Assembly (NCBI GenBank): GCA_009778035.1
Contig: WRKP01000003.1
Coordinates: 26,132-90,131, forward strand
Length of the DNA stretch: 64,000 nucleotides
Origin: Planctomycetaceae bacterium
GTDB taxonomy: Bacteria; Planctomycetota; Planctomycetia; Pirellulales; Thermoguttaceae
Direction: 5' to 3'
The position numbers and the translations under genes were made by a program. The notes under the pieces are model-generated. The model searched no databases. It saw nothing but the letters and a program-made list of their open reading frames with translations, and was not told the origin of the DNA. This document shows, piece after piece, positions 51,265-60,844 of this stretch (positions are counted from its first letter, which is position 1; the number at the start of each line of letters is the position of its first letter).

Positions 51265-53622
51265 ATGATTGACACCCTAAACCGCTTCAAAATTGGCACC
51301 AAACTCGCCATTGCCTTCGGAATCGTCATCTTTCTGCTGCTCGCCATTACGGGCGTCATGATTTACTCCTATGCAAACATCACCCGATCAACCGACCGGC
51401 TGCTCAACTACTCCGATGCAATGGTCCGAGCCGGTGATTGCGTGAACCTCGCCAACCAAATGCGAAGAGATTTCCTCGTCTACCTGGCAACAAATAATCA
51501 CGATGAACTCGATTCCTTCGATCATGAACTGCACCAAACCATTGAAACCCTGGAAAATATCGCACAAGCGACCACCATTGAGGCAAACAAAACCGCAGCC
51601 AACGAAGCCGTTAGACTCCTGCGGACCATCGCAACCCTGAAGGACAGTTTTGTCCGACAGGAACAAGCCGTCGATGCTCTCCGCGATGAATGTTCTGCGA
51701 CTTCCAACAAAGTACGCTCTACTCTCCAAGAAATGGGCCAAGACCTCTATGTAAAACACTCGGCGGAAGCCAGGAATGATACCGAAGGGCAGCGAGCCAT
51801 CCGAACGGCCAATGTGGAACTGGAAACAAGCCTTTATCAGGCACAAATCATCGTCGGCAGAATCCTGCAGTTTAGGGACAGTTTCGTTTTCGCAACTGTA
51901 CCGGCACGGCAAGCCGTGTACAAAGAGTCTCTGTTCAAAGCCGCAGACGAATTGAGAGAACTTCTTGAAGAAATCAGAAGAAGTCCTGCAATGCCTAATG
52001 ATTTTGCAGGCCGGATGAACAGTGCCATCGCAGACCGCAACGAATGGGCAAATGTCGCGGGAAGATACGTCGCCGCCATCGAGGAATTACGCGGAATGCA
52101 GGAACCGATGCTGGCACGCATTCGGGAAGTGATGGCGGTTGTCCAGCAAATCCAGGAAAATGTTACCGAAGAAACGAAAAAAGTGGGGACGGAACAGAAA
52201 GACATCGTCAACGAGTCACAAACGATCAGCGTCGCCGTTGCGGCTACGGCAATGATCGGTGCTGTCCTGATGGGCTGGCTCTTAACCATCTCCGTGGCTG
52301 GCGGTATCAAAATTGCCGTCGCTGCAATGACCATTGTCGCCGAAGAGGGTAAGGTCGATATTGACATTCCCGAAAGGGACCTTGCCCGCGGCGATGAAGT
52401 CGGCCAATTAGCCCACGCGGTCCAGGGTATTTTACAACAGTTCAAAAACGTAGAACAACTCGCGAACGACCTTGCCGACGGCAACTACACGGTAGAAACG
52501 AAAGTCCGCAGTGATGTGGATACGATGAACATCTATCTCAACAAAATGCTTGACCAGGTCAATCAAGCGATGAGTGAGATTAACGAAAACGTCAAACAGG
52601 TTGCCATCGGCTCCGGCGAAGTATCGAGTGCGGCACAGTCGTTGTCGAATGGTGCTCAAGAGTCGGCGGCCAGTTTGCAGCAGATTACGGCCTCGATGAG
52701 CCAAATTAGCAGTCAGGTCAAAATGAATGCCGAAAGTGCGAGCCAAGCGAGGGATCTTGCCCAGCAGACCAACAAGGCGGCTTCGGAAGGGCAGGAGGCG
52801 ATGCAGGAAATGACGGTAACGATGAACCGGATTACGCAAAACTCCAACGAAATTCAACGGGTCATCAAGGTTATTGATGACATTGCGTTCCAGACGAACT
52901 TGCTTGCGTTGAATGCGGCGGTCGAAGCGGCCCGAGCGGGACAGCACGGCAAGGGGTTTGCCGTTGTTGCCGAGGAAGTGCGGAATCTTGCATCTCGGAG
53001 TGCGAAAGCGGCTCGGGAAACGTCGGAGTTGATCGCCAAGAGCGGTCAGGAAATCGAGACGGGCGGAGAGGTTGCGACGCGGACTGCCGAAATGCTTAAT
53101 TCGATTGTCGAGGAAATTAAGCAAACGACGGATTTGGTGGCGGGCATTGCGGTTGCGAGCAATGAGCAGGCACAGGGGGTCAATCAGATCACCATCGGTT
53201 TGCAGCAGATTGACCAGGTTACGCAGCAGAACACGGCGGCGGCGGAGGAGTCGGCGAGTGCGGCGAACGAAATGAGCGGGATGGCAACGAATTTGCAGAA
53301 CTTGATTGCGAGGTTTAGGCTTCGCGGCCAGTCCAAGGGGTTGGCGTCATCGAAGCCTGCGGCGGCACCGGCTCCATCGGCGTCGGCTCCGGCACACACA
53401 CATACACCGCCGAAGCCTGCAGCACCGGCTCCGGTGCACAAACCGGCGGCACCGGCTGCCCACAAGCCTGCGGCGGCGGCACCGGCGTATAAACCGGCGA
53501 TCCCGCACAAACATGCGGCGGGTTCGGATCCATCGGCACCGATCGAGGGCAACCAATGGGGCGGTGGCGGCAGTGCGGAGATCAAAATCGACCTCGACGC
53601 GAAGGATTTTGGCAAGTATTAG
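51265..53622 (+). CDS. Methyl-accepting chemotaxis protein (large helical periplasmic sensor, HAMP, signalling domain, Pro/Ala-rich C-terminal tether)
   Basis: TM1 at aa ~10-35, TM2 at aa ~325-350. Highly conserved hairpin tip [44 protein letters not shown]. Confidence 0.9.
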   Translation: MIDTLNRFKIGTKLAIAFGIVIFLLLAITGVMIYSYANITRSTDRLLNYSDAMVRAGDCVNLANQMRRDFLVYLATNNHDELDSFDHELHQTIETLENIAQATTIEANKTAANEAVRLLRTIATLKDSFVRQEQAVDALRDECSATSNKVRSTLQEMGQDLYVKHSAEARNDTEGQRAIRTANVELETSLYQAQIIVGRILQFRDSFVFATVPARQAVYKESLFKAADELRELLEEIRRSPAMPNDFAGRMNSAIADRNEWANVAGRYVAAIEELRGMQEPMLARIREVMAVVQQIQENVTEETKKVGTEQKDIVNESQTISVAVAATAMIGAVLMGWLLTISVAGGIKIAVAAMTIVAEEGKVDIDIPERDLARGDEVGQLAHAVQGILQQFKNVEQLANDLADGNYTVETKVRSDVDTMNIYLNKMLDQVNQAMSEINENVKQVAIGSGEVSSAAQSLSNGAQESAASLQQITASMSQISSQVKMNAESASQARDLAQQTNKAASEGQEAMQEMTVTMNRITQNSNEIQRVIKVIDDIAFQTNLLALNAAVEAARAGQHGKGFAVVAEEVRNLASRSAKAARETSELIAKSGQEIETGGEVATRTAEMLNSIVEEIKQTTDLVAGIAVASNEQAQGVNQITIGLQQIDQVTQQNTAAAEESASAANEMSGMATNLQNLIARFRLRGQSKGLASSKPAAAPAPSASAPAHTHTPPKPAAPAPVHKPAAPAAHKPAAAAPAYKPAIPHKHAAGSDPSAPIEGNQWGGGGSAEIKIDLDAKDFGKY

Positions 53623-53642
53623 AGTGCATTTCGGTTTGCCAC

Positions 53643-53753
53643 GGATAAAAAACCGTCATCCCGGCGCAAGCCGGGATCCAGGGGAACTGGTACCACACGC
53701 AATGTCTGGCTTCCGGCTTTCGCCGGAATGACGGCAGGTATACCGGAATGACG
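53643..53753. repeat. Family A palindromic element (with extra half-unit)
   Basis: GGATAAAAAACCGTCATCCCGGCGCAAGCCGGGATCCAG...CTGGCTTCCGGCTTTCGCCGGAATGACGGCAGGTATACCGGAATGACG. On the minus strand it reads hairpin + T6, 3' of pheA. Confidence 0.85.
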
Positions 53754-53812
53754 AGGATGAGTCCAAACCAATGCGAAAAACGCCCTGGCCTGGCTTCCCG
53801 GTTGTTGTTCTC

Positions 53813-54949
53813 TCACAGTTCCGCGTAACATCCCAGGAACACGAAGTGATCCGTGCCGTTTTCCAAAAGGGAAAACAATTTCTGGATCTTGTCATCGTAC
53901 ACGGACATATCAAGGTCGAAATAGAACATAAACTCAAAGTCCCTATCCGGTATCGGTCGGCTCTCCAATTTCGTCAAATTGATGTCGAGCGTCGAAAATT
54001 TCGTCATCAACTGGTAAAGCGAGCCAGGCCGGTGCGGTATCGTTACCACAATGCTGATTTTCTGCGCACCAGGATAAATTTCCAACTGCTTTGATATGCA
54101 CACAAAACGCGTATAGTTGTTGTCGTTATTTTGAATGTCATTATCCAAAATGTCCAATCCGTAGAGTTCCGCACAGTTTGTCGATGCAATCGCCGCTATA
54201 TCATTTCGCGGGGACTCCGCAACGAATTGGGCGGCCAAAGCCGTATTTTCATGAACTTGAATTTCGTATTTTTTGTCTTTCAAGAACAGACTGCACTGGG
54301 CTAATGCTTGCTCATGCGAATACACGGCTTTCACGTCGGTGAGTTTGACGCCGGGTTTGGCAAGCAGGGCGTGATTGATTTTCAATTTCAAACTGCGGAC
54401 AATATGAAATTGATACCGTTTCATCAAATCGTAGATGTTCGTAACGGAGCCGTGTAAACTGTTTTCAACCGGCAGGATACCGTATCGACACAGTCCTTTA
54501 TCGACGGCATTGAACACGCTGTCAAAACTGTTGAAATACAGGATGGTCGGCCTGCTAAACAATTTTTCGCAGGCAAATGTCGAATTCGCTCCTTCGGTTC
54601 CTTGGCAGGCGACTTGTGCTTCTTTGGGAAACAACTGCGGCGTTTCCGCCAGGGCTTTGGTAATGTTTTCCGTCGTTTTGGAACTTCTGTCAGTCAGGAC
54701 GATTTGGTGCGACCGGGAAATGTCGAGAATCGTCTTGAAGAGGACTTTGATGTAATCGGCTGTCGAGCCGTCTTGCCCGTTGGTCAATCGGCTGATAATT
54801 TCGCGTTCTCGCGTCGGTTTATGGACGGAGGCGTTGGTATCTTTTTTGAGTTGTGCGACGGATTCAACGAGTTTGAGGCGTTGTTTGAACAGGTTGGCGA
54901 TTTCGTCGTCAATTTTGTCGGTTTCCGAACGAATTTCTTCGAGGTTCAT
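53813..54949 (-). CDS. pheA: Bifunctional chorismate mutase / prephenate dehydratase
   Basis: N-terminal CM (LEEIRSETDKIDDEIANLFKQRLKLVESVAQLK). PDT (VACQGTEGANSTFACEKLF). C-terminal ACT (KISIVVTIPHRPGSLYQLMTKF...INLTKLESRP). Confidence 0.9.
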   Translation of the reverse strand: MNLEEIRSETDKIDDEIANLFKQRLKLVESVAQLKKDTNASVHKPTREREIISRLTNGQDGSTADYIKVLFKTILDISRSHQIVLTDRSSKTTENITKALAETPQLFPKEAQVACQGTEGANSTFACEKLFSRPTILYFNSFDSVFNAVDKGLCRYGILPVENSLHGSVTNIYDLMKRYQFHIVRSLKLKINHALLAKPGVKLTDVKAVYSHEQALAQCSLFLKDKKYEIQVHENTALAAQFVAESPRNDIAAIASTNCAELYGLDILDNDIQNNDNNYTRFVCISKQLEIYPGAQKISIVVTIPHRPGSLYQLMTKFSTLDINLTKLESRPIPDRDFEFMFYFDLDMSVYDDKIQKLFSLLENGTDHFVFLGCYAEL

Positions 54950-55004
54950 GGTGCGATATGTGGGTGCTATTGCCCGTATTATACCGCAAAAATGTCAAAT
55001 CCGG

Positions 55005-55033
55005 CAAGAGCCGGGGGGGTGAGCCCCCGGGTT
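55005..55033. repeat. Family B GC-hairpin element
   Basis: GCAAGAGCCGGGGGGGTGAGCCCCCGGGT. Confidence 0.75.
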
Positions 55034-55097
55034 CCTCGCCGAAGGGCTATTTTGCCGCTTGCAAACGCTTCGCAAAAAAGTTACAATCCAAAACACC

Positions 55098-56153
55098 ATG
55101 ATCAAAATTTGCTCCGCTCTTGCCGTTCTTGCTCTGTTCACGCTCGCGTCCATCGCCCATGCAGACGGCACGGACTGGCGGAACCATATCATTCCCAGCG
55201 AAGAAAGAACGTTCGACTTCAAAACCGTCGCAAAAGGGGCAACGCCTGAACATCAGTTTATCCTCAAAAATCCTTTCCTCGAGCCAATACACATCGGTGC
55301 AATCACGGCAAGTTGCGTCTGCACCACGCTTCATTTCGATACGGAAAAACTGGTATTAAAAACCTACGAGGAAATCATCATTACCGTTCGCCTTCGCGGG
55401 GATTTGTACGACGGTCAGCGGAGTTCCACGCTCACCGTGTTGATTGACCAACCGAGCCGAACGGAGATTCAACTGAATGTTCGCGGGGACATCCGGGCCG
55501 ACTTGAATATCTCGCCGCAAAATGTGATTGATTTCGGCAACGTCGAACTCAGCCAAGAACATGCCCGACAGTTGACCGTAACCTATACAGGCCGTAATCC
55601 GCAATGGCGATTGCTTGATGCCCTGTGTGAAAACAATTTTATCCGCACGGCCGTTTCAAATGAAACGGCACGGAGCGGTGCTCGAATTTTTAGAGTTGAT
55701 GTGTCGATCGACGAATCCGCACCGCACGGGCCTATCAATTCGCATTTGATTTTAATCAGCAATGATACCGGAGCCCGTCGGGAGATTCCGATCGCCGTCC
55801 GGGCAACGGTTGGGACGGTGATTCGGGTGAGTCCGCCTTCGTTGTTTTTGGGAGTATTGTCGCCGGGCGAGGCATCACCGCGAAGGAATGTTATGCTATC
55901 GGGCACGCAGCCGTTTCGCATTGAAAAGATTGAGAGCGACAATCCGGCAATCGAGGTATTTCTTGCGGCGGATGCTGATGCGTTGCCGCAGTTACGGCAT
56001 TTCATTCCGATTGCGTATAAAAATCCGCTTGAGGGCGAAGGTTCTCCCGAAAACGGCGTGATGCGTTCGGCTGTTCGCATCACGACGGACGTTCCAGGCC
56101 TTACTTCGATGTTTTATGTTACGGCAAGCATCCGGCCAGAGGGGGCTGAATAG
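55098..56153 (+). CDS. Secreted DUF1573-domain protein
   Basis: Signal peptide MIKICSALAVLALFTLASIAHA. ERTFDFKTVAKGATPEHQFILKNPFLEPIHIGAITASCVCTT is the DUF1573 signature (F.FG.V..G......F...N.G...L.I....SCGCT). Confidence 0.8.
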   Translation: MIKICSALAVLALFTLASIAHADGTDWRNHIIPSEERTFDFKTVAKGATPEHQFILKNPFLEPIHIGAITASCVCTTLHFDTEKLVLKTYEEIIITVRLRGDLYDGQRSSTLTVLIDQPSRTEIQLNVRGDIRADLNISPQNVIDFGNVELSQEHARQLTVTYTGRNPQWRLLDALCENNFIRTAVSNETARSGARIFRVDVSIDESAPHGPINSHLILISNDTGARREIPIAVRATVGTVIRVSPPSLFLGVLSPGEASPRRNVMLSGTQPFRIEKIESDNPAIEVFLAADADALPQLRHFIPIAYKNPLEGEGSPENGVMRSAVRITTDVPGLTSMFYVTASIRPEGAE

Positions 56154-56171
56154 TTGCCTCGTTCGTAAACC

Positions 56172-56211
56172 GGTCATTCCGGCCGCCATTCCGGCGAAAG
56201 CCGGAATCCAG
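56172..56211. repeat. Family A element, half copy
   Basis: GGTCATTCCGGCCGCCATTCCGGCGAAAGCCGGAATCCAG. Confidence 0.7.
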
Positions 56212-56239
56212 CCGAGCGGCCCGGCGACGCGGCTTGCTC

Positions 56240-56809
56240 CTATTTTTTCCGTTTAGGCAGAGCATCCTTTCGGAAGGGCATGCCGAACTCACGCAGCAGT
56301 TCCCGGGACTCATCGTCGCTATCACCCTTGATGGTGAACGATATGTTGAGACCCTGACTCTTGGAATATTTGTCGGGATTCAGTTCGGGAAAGACCAAAA
56401 ATTCCGTGATTCCAAGATTATAGTTCCCGTTTCCATCGAAACTTTTGGGATTGACACCCTGGAAGTCGCGAACTCGCGGCAATACCAATGAAATGAGCCT
56501 ATCGAGGAATTCGTACATTCGGCTACCGCGAAGCGTTACCATACAGCCGACGTTCATCCCTTCGCGGAGTTTGAAACTCGCGATGGATTTTCGGGCTTTC
56601 GTGATCACGGGCTTTTGCCCCGTGATTTGCGTCAGCACATCGACGGCCTCTTCCATGTACTTCTTCTCGGTCAAATTACTCCCGACTCCCATATTGAGGA
56701 CGATTTTTTGCAATTTGGGAAGCGACATCACATTTTCCCTGTTGAACTGTTTTTTCAAGTTGGGAATAATCGTTTTCGTATATTTTTCCTGTAATCTCGG
56801 TAGGGCCAT
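56240..56809 (-). CDS. rplE: 50S ribosomal protein L5
   Basis: LQEKYTKTIIPNLKKQFNRENVMSLPKLQKIVLNMGVG...GQKPVITKARKSIASFKLREGMNVGCMVTLRGSRMYEFLDRLI...RDFQGVNPKSFDGNGNYNLGI. Start taken at ATG 56809 (MALPRLQ). Confidence 0.9.
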   Translation of the reverse strand: MALPRLQEKYTKTIIPNLKKQFNRENVMSLPKLQKIVLNMGVGSNLTEKKYMEEAVDVLTQITGQKPVITKARKSIASFKLREGMNVGCMVTLRGSRMYEFLDRLISLVLPRVRDFQGVNPKSFDGNGNYNLGITEFLVFPELNPDKYSKSQGLNISFTIKGDSDDESRELLREFGMPFRKDALPKRKK

Positions 56810-57060
56810 GAAACGCGGGAGTTGTGTTGCGGCATTGTACGCAACGATTCCATAGGGACGCAGGGTATTATAGCGTATGAGTCCCATTTTGAGAATCCCC
56901 CCCTGTCCGGGTCGGGACTTACCGCCGTGTTACAACACAATTAGGCCTCGCGTTTTCGGTCATGAACTGTCCGTCGATGCCATTATGATATAACGTTGAC
57001 AATTCCCGCCCCATAACGGATAATGCGAGAGACTATCGCCCAAGCAGGCAACCACGTTCA

Positions 57061-58788
57061 ATGGCTTTTCTACGGACCCGCGATCCCAACATTATCGCCA
57101 AACATACCTTCCCCCTCGATGATGCGGTCAATCGAATCGGCCGCTCTGCAAACAGCGAAGTTGCCCTCGACCATCACGGAATCAGCCGAGAACATGCCGT
57201 TATTTCGCACGACGAAACAGGATATTATCTGACCGACCTCGGAAGCCGAAACGGGACGTACATCAATGGAAATGCCGTCAAAGAAAAAATAAAACTCGCC
57301 GACGGCGATTTACTTCGGTTCTGCGACCTCGAACTCATTTTTCTCGAATACGAATGCTCCTACGATTCGCAACTCAGTCATCTTCAACACCATAATCCGC
57401 CATCCGAGAGCGAAAGCCGACGGCGGCAAAATGAAGCCCGAGTCAATCAAGTTGTCGTAACGGACACCGTTCCCGAAGAGGGATATTACGTAAAATCGAA
57501 GATCGCGTTGGACGAAAAACGGCCCGCTCTGACCTCGGCCAAGGCATCCGTCAAACTTCGTGCAATGATCGACATCGGACGCAATCTCGGTGCTGACATG
57601 CACCAAGTTTTGCCCCAACTCGTCGAGAACTTGCTCAAGATTTTCCTGCAAGCGGACTGTGCGTATATTTTTCTCCAAGAAGGCCAAACGCGGCGTCTCG
57701 AACTGAGGGCATTTCTGCACCGCGACCCGCATAACCAGGAATCTTTCCATGTCAGCCGGTCGATATTGGAACGCGTCGCGAACTCCAAGGCCGCCATTCT
57801 TTCCGATGATATTGCCAATGATTCCCGATTCGAGCCGACGGACAGCATAATCAGTTACAATATCTGCTCCATTATGGCAGTTCCCATCATGGATTACGAC
57901 CAGGCGGAAGTGTTGGGCGTCATTCAGGTCGATGCCCGGTCGCGGGGCCAAAAATTCACGCACGAAGACCTGGATTTGCTCGTTTCGCTGGCCTATCAGG
58001 TTGCGGTCTGTTATCAAAATGCCAAACTCCACGAAATCGCCCTGACGGAACGGATTATGGAACAGGAGATGCACATTGCCAATTCGGTGCAACGTGGCCT
58101 GTTGCCGCAGTCTTCGCCGGTCGTTGAAAACTACAGTTTTTTTGATTTTTACCGTCCTGCCCGATTCCTCGGCGGTGATTATTACGATTACATTCAACTC
58201 GCCGACGGCCGATTGGTGTTTGCATTGGGCGATGTATCCGGCAAGGGCGTCGCGGCATCGCTTCTGATGGCGAAACTCTCGGCGGAGGTTCGCGGAAGTT
58301 TAATCATCGAATCCTCCTCCACCGGCATGATGCAGCGGCTGAATAGGATATTTTGCGATCCGCGTTGGGATAATCGGTTTATCACCTTTTGTTTCGGCGT
58401 GTTGGACCCGCAATCGCACGAAATTTGCTTTCACAATGCAGGCCATTATCCGCCGATTTTGGTGTCGCCCGAAGCGAAGCCCGAAATGTTGGGAGAGTGC
58501 ATTATCGGCCTGCCGTTGGGTGTTTCGGACGATACGGAGTATCCCGAAAGCCGATTCACGATACAGCCGGGACAGAAATTGGTCGTGTTAAGCGATGGAA
58601 TCACCGATGCGATGAACTCGCAGGGGAATTATTTTACGATGACAGGGGTGATCAAACACGTTTCTGGAATGCGGGTCGATTCGGTAAGGGAATTTGGCGA
58701 GCGTTTGGTTAGTGCGGTGCATAGTTTTTCCGGTCGCACGCCGCAGACGGATGACCAGAGTTTGCTGATCGTCGGACGGAACCTGTAA
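57061..58788 (+). CDS. FHA - GAF - PP2C/SpoIIE-type serine phosphatase
   Basis: FHA: NRIGRSANSEVALDHHGISREHAVISHDETGYYLTDLGSRNGTYING. PP2C: LGGDYYDYIQLADGRLVFALGDVSGKGVAASLLMA ... VVLSDGITDA ... DDQSLLIV. Confidence 0.85.
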   Translation: MAFLRTRDPNIIAKHTFPLDDAVNRIGRSANSEVALDHHGISREHAVISHDETGYYLTDLGSRNGTYINGNAVKEKIKLADGDLLRFCDLELIFLEYECSYDSQLSHLQHHNPPSESESRRRQNEARVNQVVVTDTVPEEGYYVKSKIALDEKRPALTSAKASVKLRAMIDIGRNLGADMHQVLPQLVENLLKIFLQADCAYIFLQEGQTRRLELRAFLHRDPHNQESFHVSRSILERVANSKAAILSDDIANDSRFEPTDSIISYNICSIMAVPIMDYDQAEVLGVIQVDARSRGQKFTHEDLDLLVSLAYQVAVCYQNAKLHEIALTERIMEQEMHIANSVQRGLLPQSSPVVENYSFFDFYRPARFLGGDYYDYIQLADGRLVFALGDVSGKGVAASLLMAKLSAEVRGSLIIESSSTGMMQRLNRIFCDPRWDNRFITFCFGVLDPQSHEICFHNAGHYPPILVSPEAKPEMLGECIIGLPLGVSDDTEYPESRFTIQPGQKLVVLSDGITDAMNSQGNYFTMTGVIKHVSGMRVDSVREFGERLVSAVHSFSGRTPQTDDQSLLIVGRNL

Positions 58789-58810
58789 TAGGGGAAATTC
58801 CCTTGCTTCC

Positions 58811-59005
58811 GCCTGCAAGTTTCGCATTAGGGAAAGGTAGGCAGCCGACCGCCGGGCGGGTGCGTCGGCGCAGCCGACTGGAAGGCTCAATATGCGGCCA
58901 AGACATCGGCTCTGTCGCACGTTGCCGCCCGGCGGTCGGCAACCTACCTTCAGCAACCGAACCGCACAAGGTCGGCAGCCCACCGATTTGAAACTTGCAG
59001 TTGCC
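58811..59005. repeat. Family C nested-palindrome element (longest copy)
   Basis: CCTGCAAGTTTCGCATTAGGGAAAGGTAGGCAGCCGACCGCCGGGCGGGTGCGTCGGCGCAGCCGACTGGAAGG...GTTGCCGCCCGGCGGTCGGCAACCTACCTT...GATTTGAAACTTGCAGTTGCC. Confidence 0.9.
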
Positions 59006-59068
59006 CGGAATCTGCAGTTGCATCTCCGTTAACTTTTTCAAGTTTACGGTATAATAACGGCGGCGTCA

Positions 59069-60790
59069 ATGAAAGCAATCACACAATCCTCATTTTTCTG
59101 GATTTTCCTCGGCGGTCTGTGCTATTACCTGGCCCTGCCGCCGCTTAATGTCGCACCACTCGCCCTGGCCAGCCCCATCTGCTGGGGAATCGCGATCCTC
59201 CGAAATGAAACAAAAATTAAAAGATACGTCTTCCCCACCGCATACCTCTTTTGGCTCGCCTCCATCTGGTGGGTCGCCTGTCCCTATCCGCCCTATACCG
59301 CCATCGGCCTCTTCGCCCTGGCAGCCGTATTAGCCCTATTTTGGCTCCTCTTTTTCGCATCCGCAAGAGTTGCCGTCCATCGTTACCGTATCCCGCTGAC
59401 CGTTGCCATGCCGCTTTGCTGGCTCGGTACGGAATACATCCGCTGCCGATTCCTCGGCGGGTTTTCCTTCTGCGCAATCGAACACGCCTTTTACCTCTAT
59501 CCGCCGCTCATCCAGTTGGCATCAATCGGCGGAAGCCTGCTCCTCGGCGGAATTATTATGTTCCTCGGTGCGGCTGCCGTCAGCATCTGCTCCGTCAGCG
59601 CGCCGGGACGGGAAACACAAAATCGTTGCCGAACAGGCTCGGCAGCGAACGGACTGGTCTTGATTTTTACCATTTTAATCATCATTGGAGCATCGTTTAC
59701 GATACAACGCATTGACCCGAACGACGAAAATTACACCCCGTTCTCCATCGTTGCTCTACAGGGCAACCGCCAGGTCTACATCGACGGCGGGCAAACCGAA
59801 GCCAACAAGACTTTTCAGCAATTTCTCGACCTGATACACGCCGAACTCAACCACCGGGTAGAAAACGGTATTCCCCTGCCGGACTTGATTGTGTTTCCCG
59901 AAACCGTCTGCCCAATTCCGCTGTTTGCATTTGAAGGAACAACTAACATCGACGATCTCGGCTTGCACGATGATGATCGCGAGATGCTCGAAGACGGCAG
60001 ATGGTTTCGGGAATTCGCTCAAAATGCTCAAACGGCAATCCTGTTTGGCCTTTCGACCTGGGTTTACGGCGACACGCTCGACTCGATTCGCCTGAATTCT
60101 GCCCTGTTTGTTCGACCGCAGTACGACTCGCATTCCCTGTCCGCCGCGTCGTCCTGCGAAGAGCATCCCGCCAAAATGCTCCGATACGACAAAATGCACT
60201 TGGTGCTGTTGGGCGAATATGTTCCGTTTGCGGAATACCTGCCGGACGACTTTTTTCTCCGCACGCTGTGCCACGAAGCCCGACACGGTACGGAGCCGTT
60301 GGCGGTTCCGATTGGTCGGGGCGATCATATCGTCGAGGCGGCAGTCAATATCTGTTTTGAGAGTACGGTTGCACATTTAATTCGGCAGCAGATTTTGACG
60401 TTGCGACATCAGGGACATGATCCGCGGATATTGATCAATTTGTCTAATGACGGCTGGTTTCGATTTTCGCGAGCGATTGAGCAGCATTTGGCAACGCATA
60501 TATTTCGAGCGGTGGAGAATCGGAAGTATTATGTTACGGCAACGAATGGCGGATATTCGGCAATCATCAATCCGTATGGGGAGATTCGGGCGAAGGGCGA
60601 GCGTGGCGGAGCCGAAGCGGTCAGCGGGCTGGTTTCGGTGAATTTGAATGGGCCGCAGGCGTTGACGTTTTATCAGGTTATTGGCGATTGGTATGCATTG
60701 CCTTTTGCGGTGTTGGTTGTGTTGTTGGCAAGCGTTAGGGCGAGGGGCAGGAGGAGTGGAAATTTCGAGTTGGGGGATCGCAAGGCGTGA
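59069..60790 (+). CDS. lnt: Apolipoprotein N-acyltransferase
   Basis: Multi-TM N-terminal half. C-terminal CN-hydrolase domain with DLIVFPETVCP (Glu), KMHLVLLGEYVPF (Lys) and VNICFESTV (Cys). Confidence 0.85.
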   Translation: MKAITQSSFFWIFLGGLCYYLALPPLNVAPLALASPICWGIAILRNETKIKRYVFPTAYLFWLASIWWVACPYPPYTAIGLFALAAVLALFWLLFFASARVAVHRYRIPLTVAMPLCWLGTEYIRCRFLGGFSFCAIEHAFYLYPPLIQLASIGGSLLLGGIIMFLGAAAVSICSVSAPGRETQNRCRTGSAANGLVLIFTILIIIGASFTIQRIDPNDENYTPFSIVALQGNRQVYIDGGQTEANKTFQQFLDLIHAELNHRVENGIPLPDLIVFPETVCPIPLFAFEGTTNIDDLGLHDDDREMLEDGRWFREFAQNAQTAILFGLSTWVYGDTLDSIRLNSALFVRPQYDSHSLSAASSCEEHPAKMLRYDKMHLVLLGEYVPFAEYLPDDFFLRTLCHEARHGTEPLAVPIGRGDHIVEAAVNICFESTVAHLIRQQILTLRHQGHDPRILINLSNDGWFRFSRAIEQHLATHIFRAVENRKYYVTATNGGYSAIINPYGEIRAKGERGGAEAVSGLVSVNLNGPQALTFYQVIGDWYALPFAVLVVLLASVRARGRRSGNFELGDRKA

Positions 60791-60833
60791 GTGCAAGAGC
60801 GAGTGTGCACGAGCCGGGGGCGTAAGCCCCCGG
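60791..60833. repeat. Family B GC-hairpin element
   Basis: GTGCAAGAGCGAGTGTGCACGAGCCGGGGGCGTAAGCCCCCGG, between the convergent lnt and queG. Confidence 0.85.
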
Positions 60834-60844
60834 GTGAGTCGTTG

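Noticed and set aside
4289-60833. CRISPR array as an explanation for the many short repeats
   Set aside because: The repeats are palindromic, dispersed tens of kb apart, occur in both orientations and are not separated by regular unique spacers. No cas genes are present.
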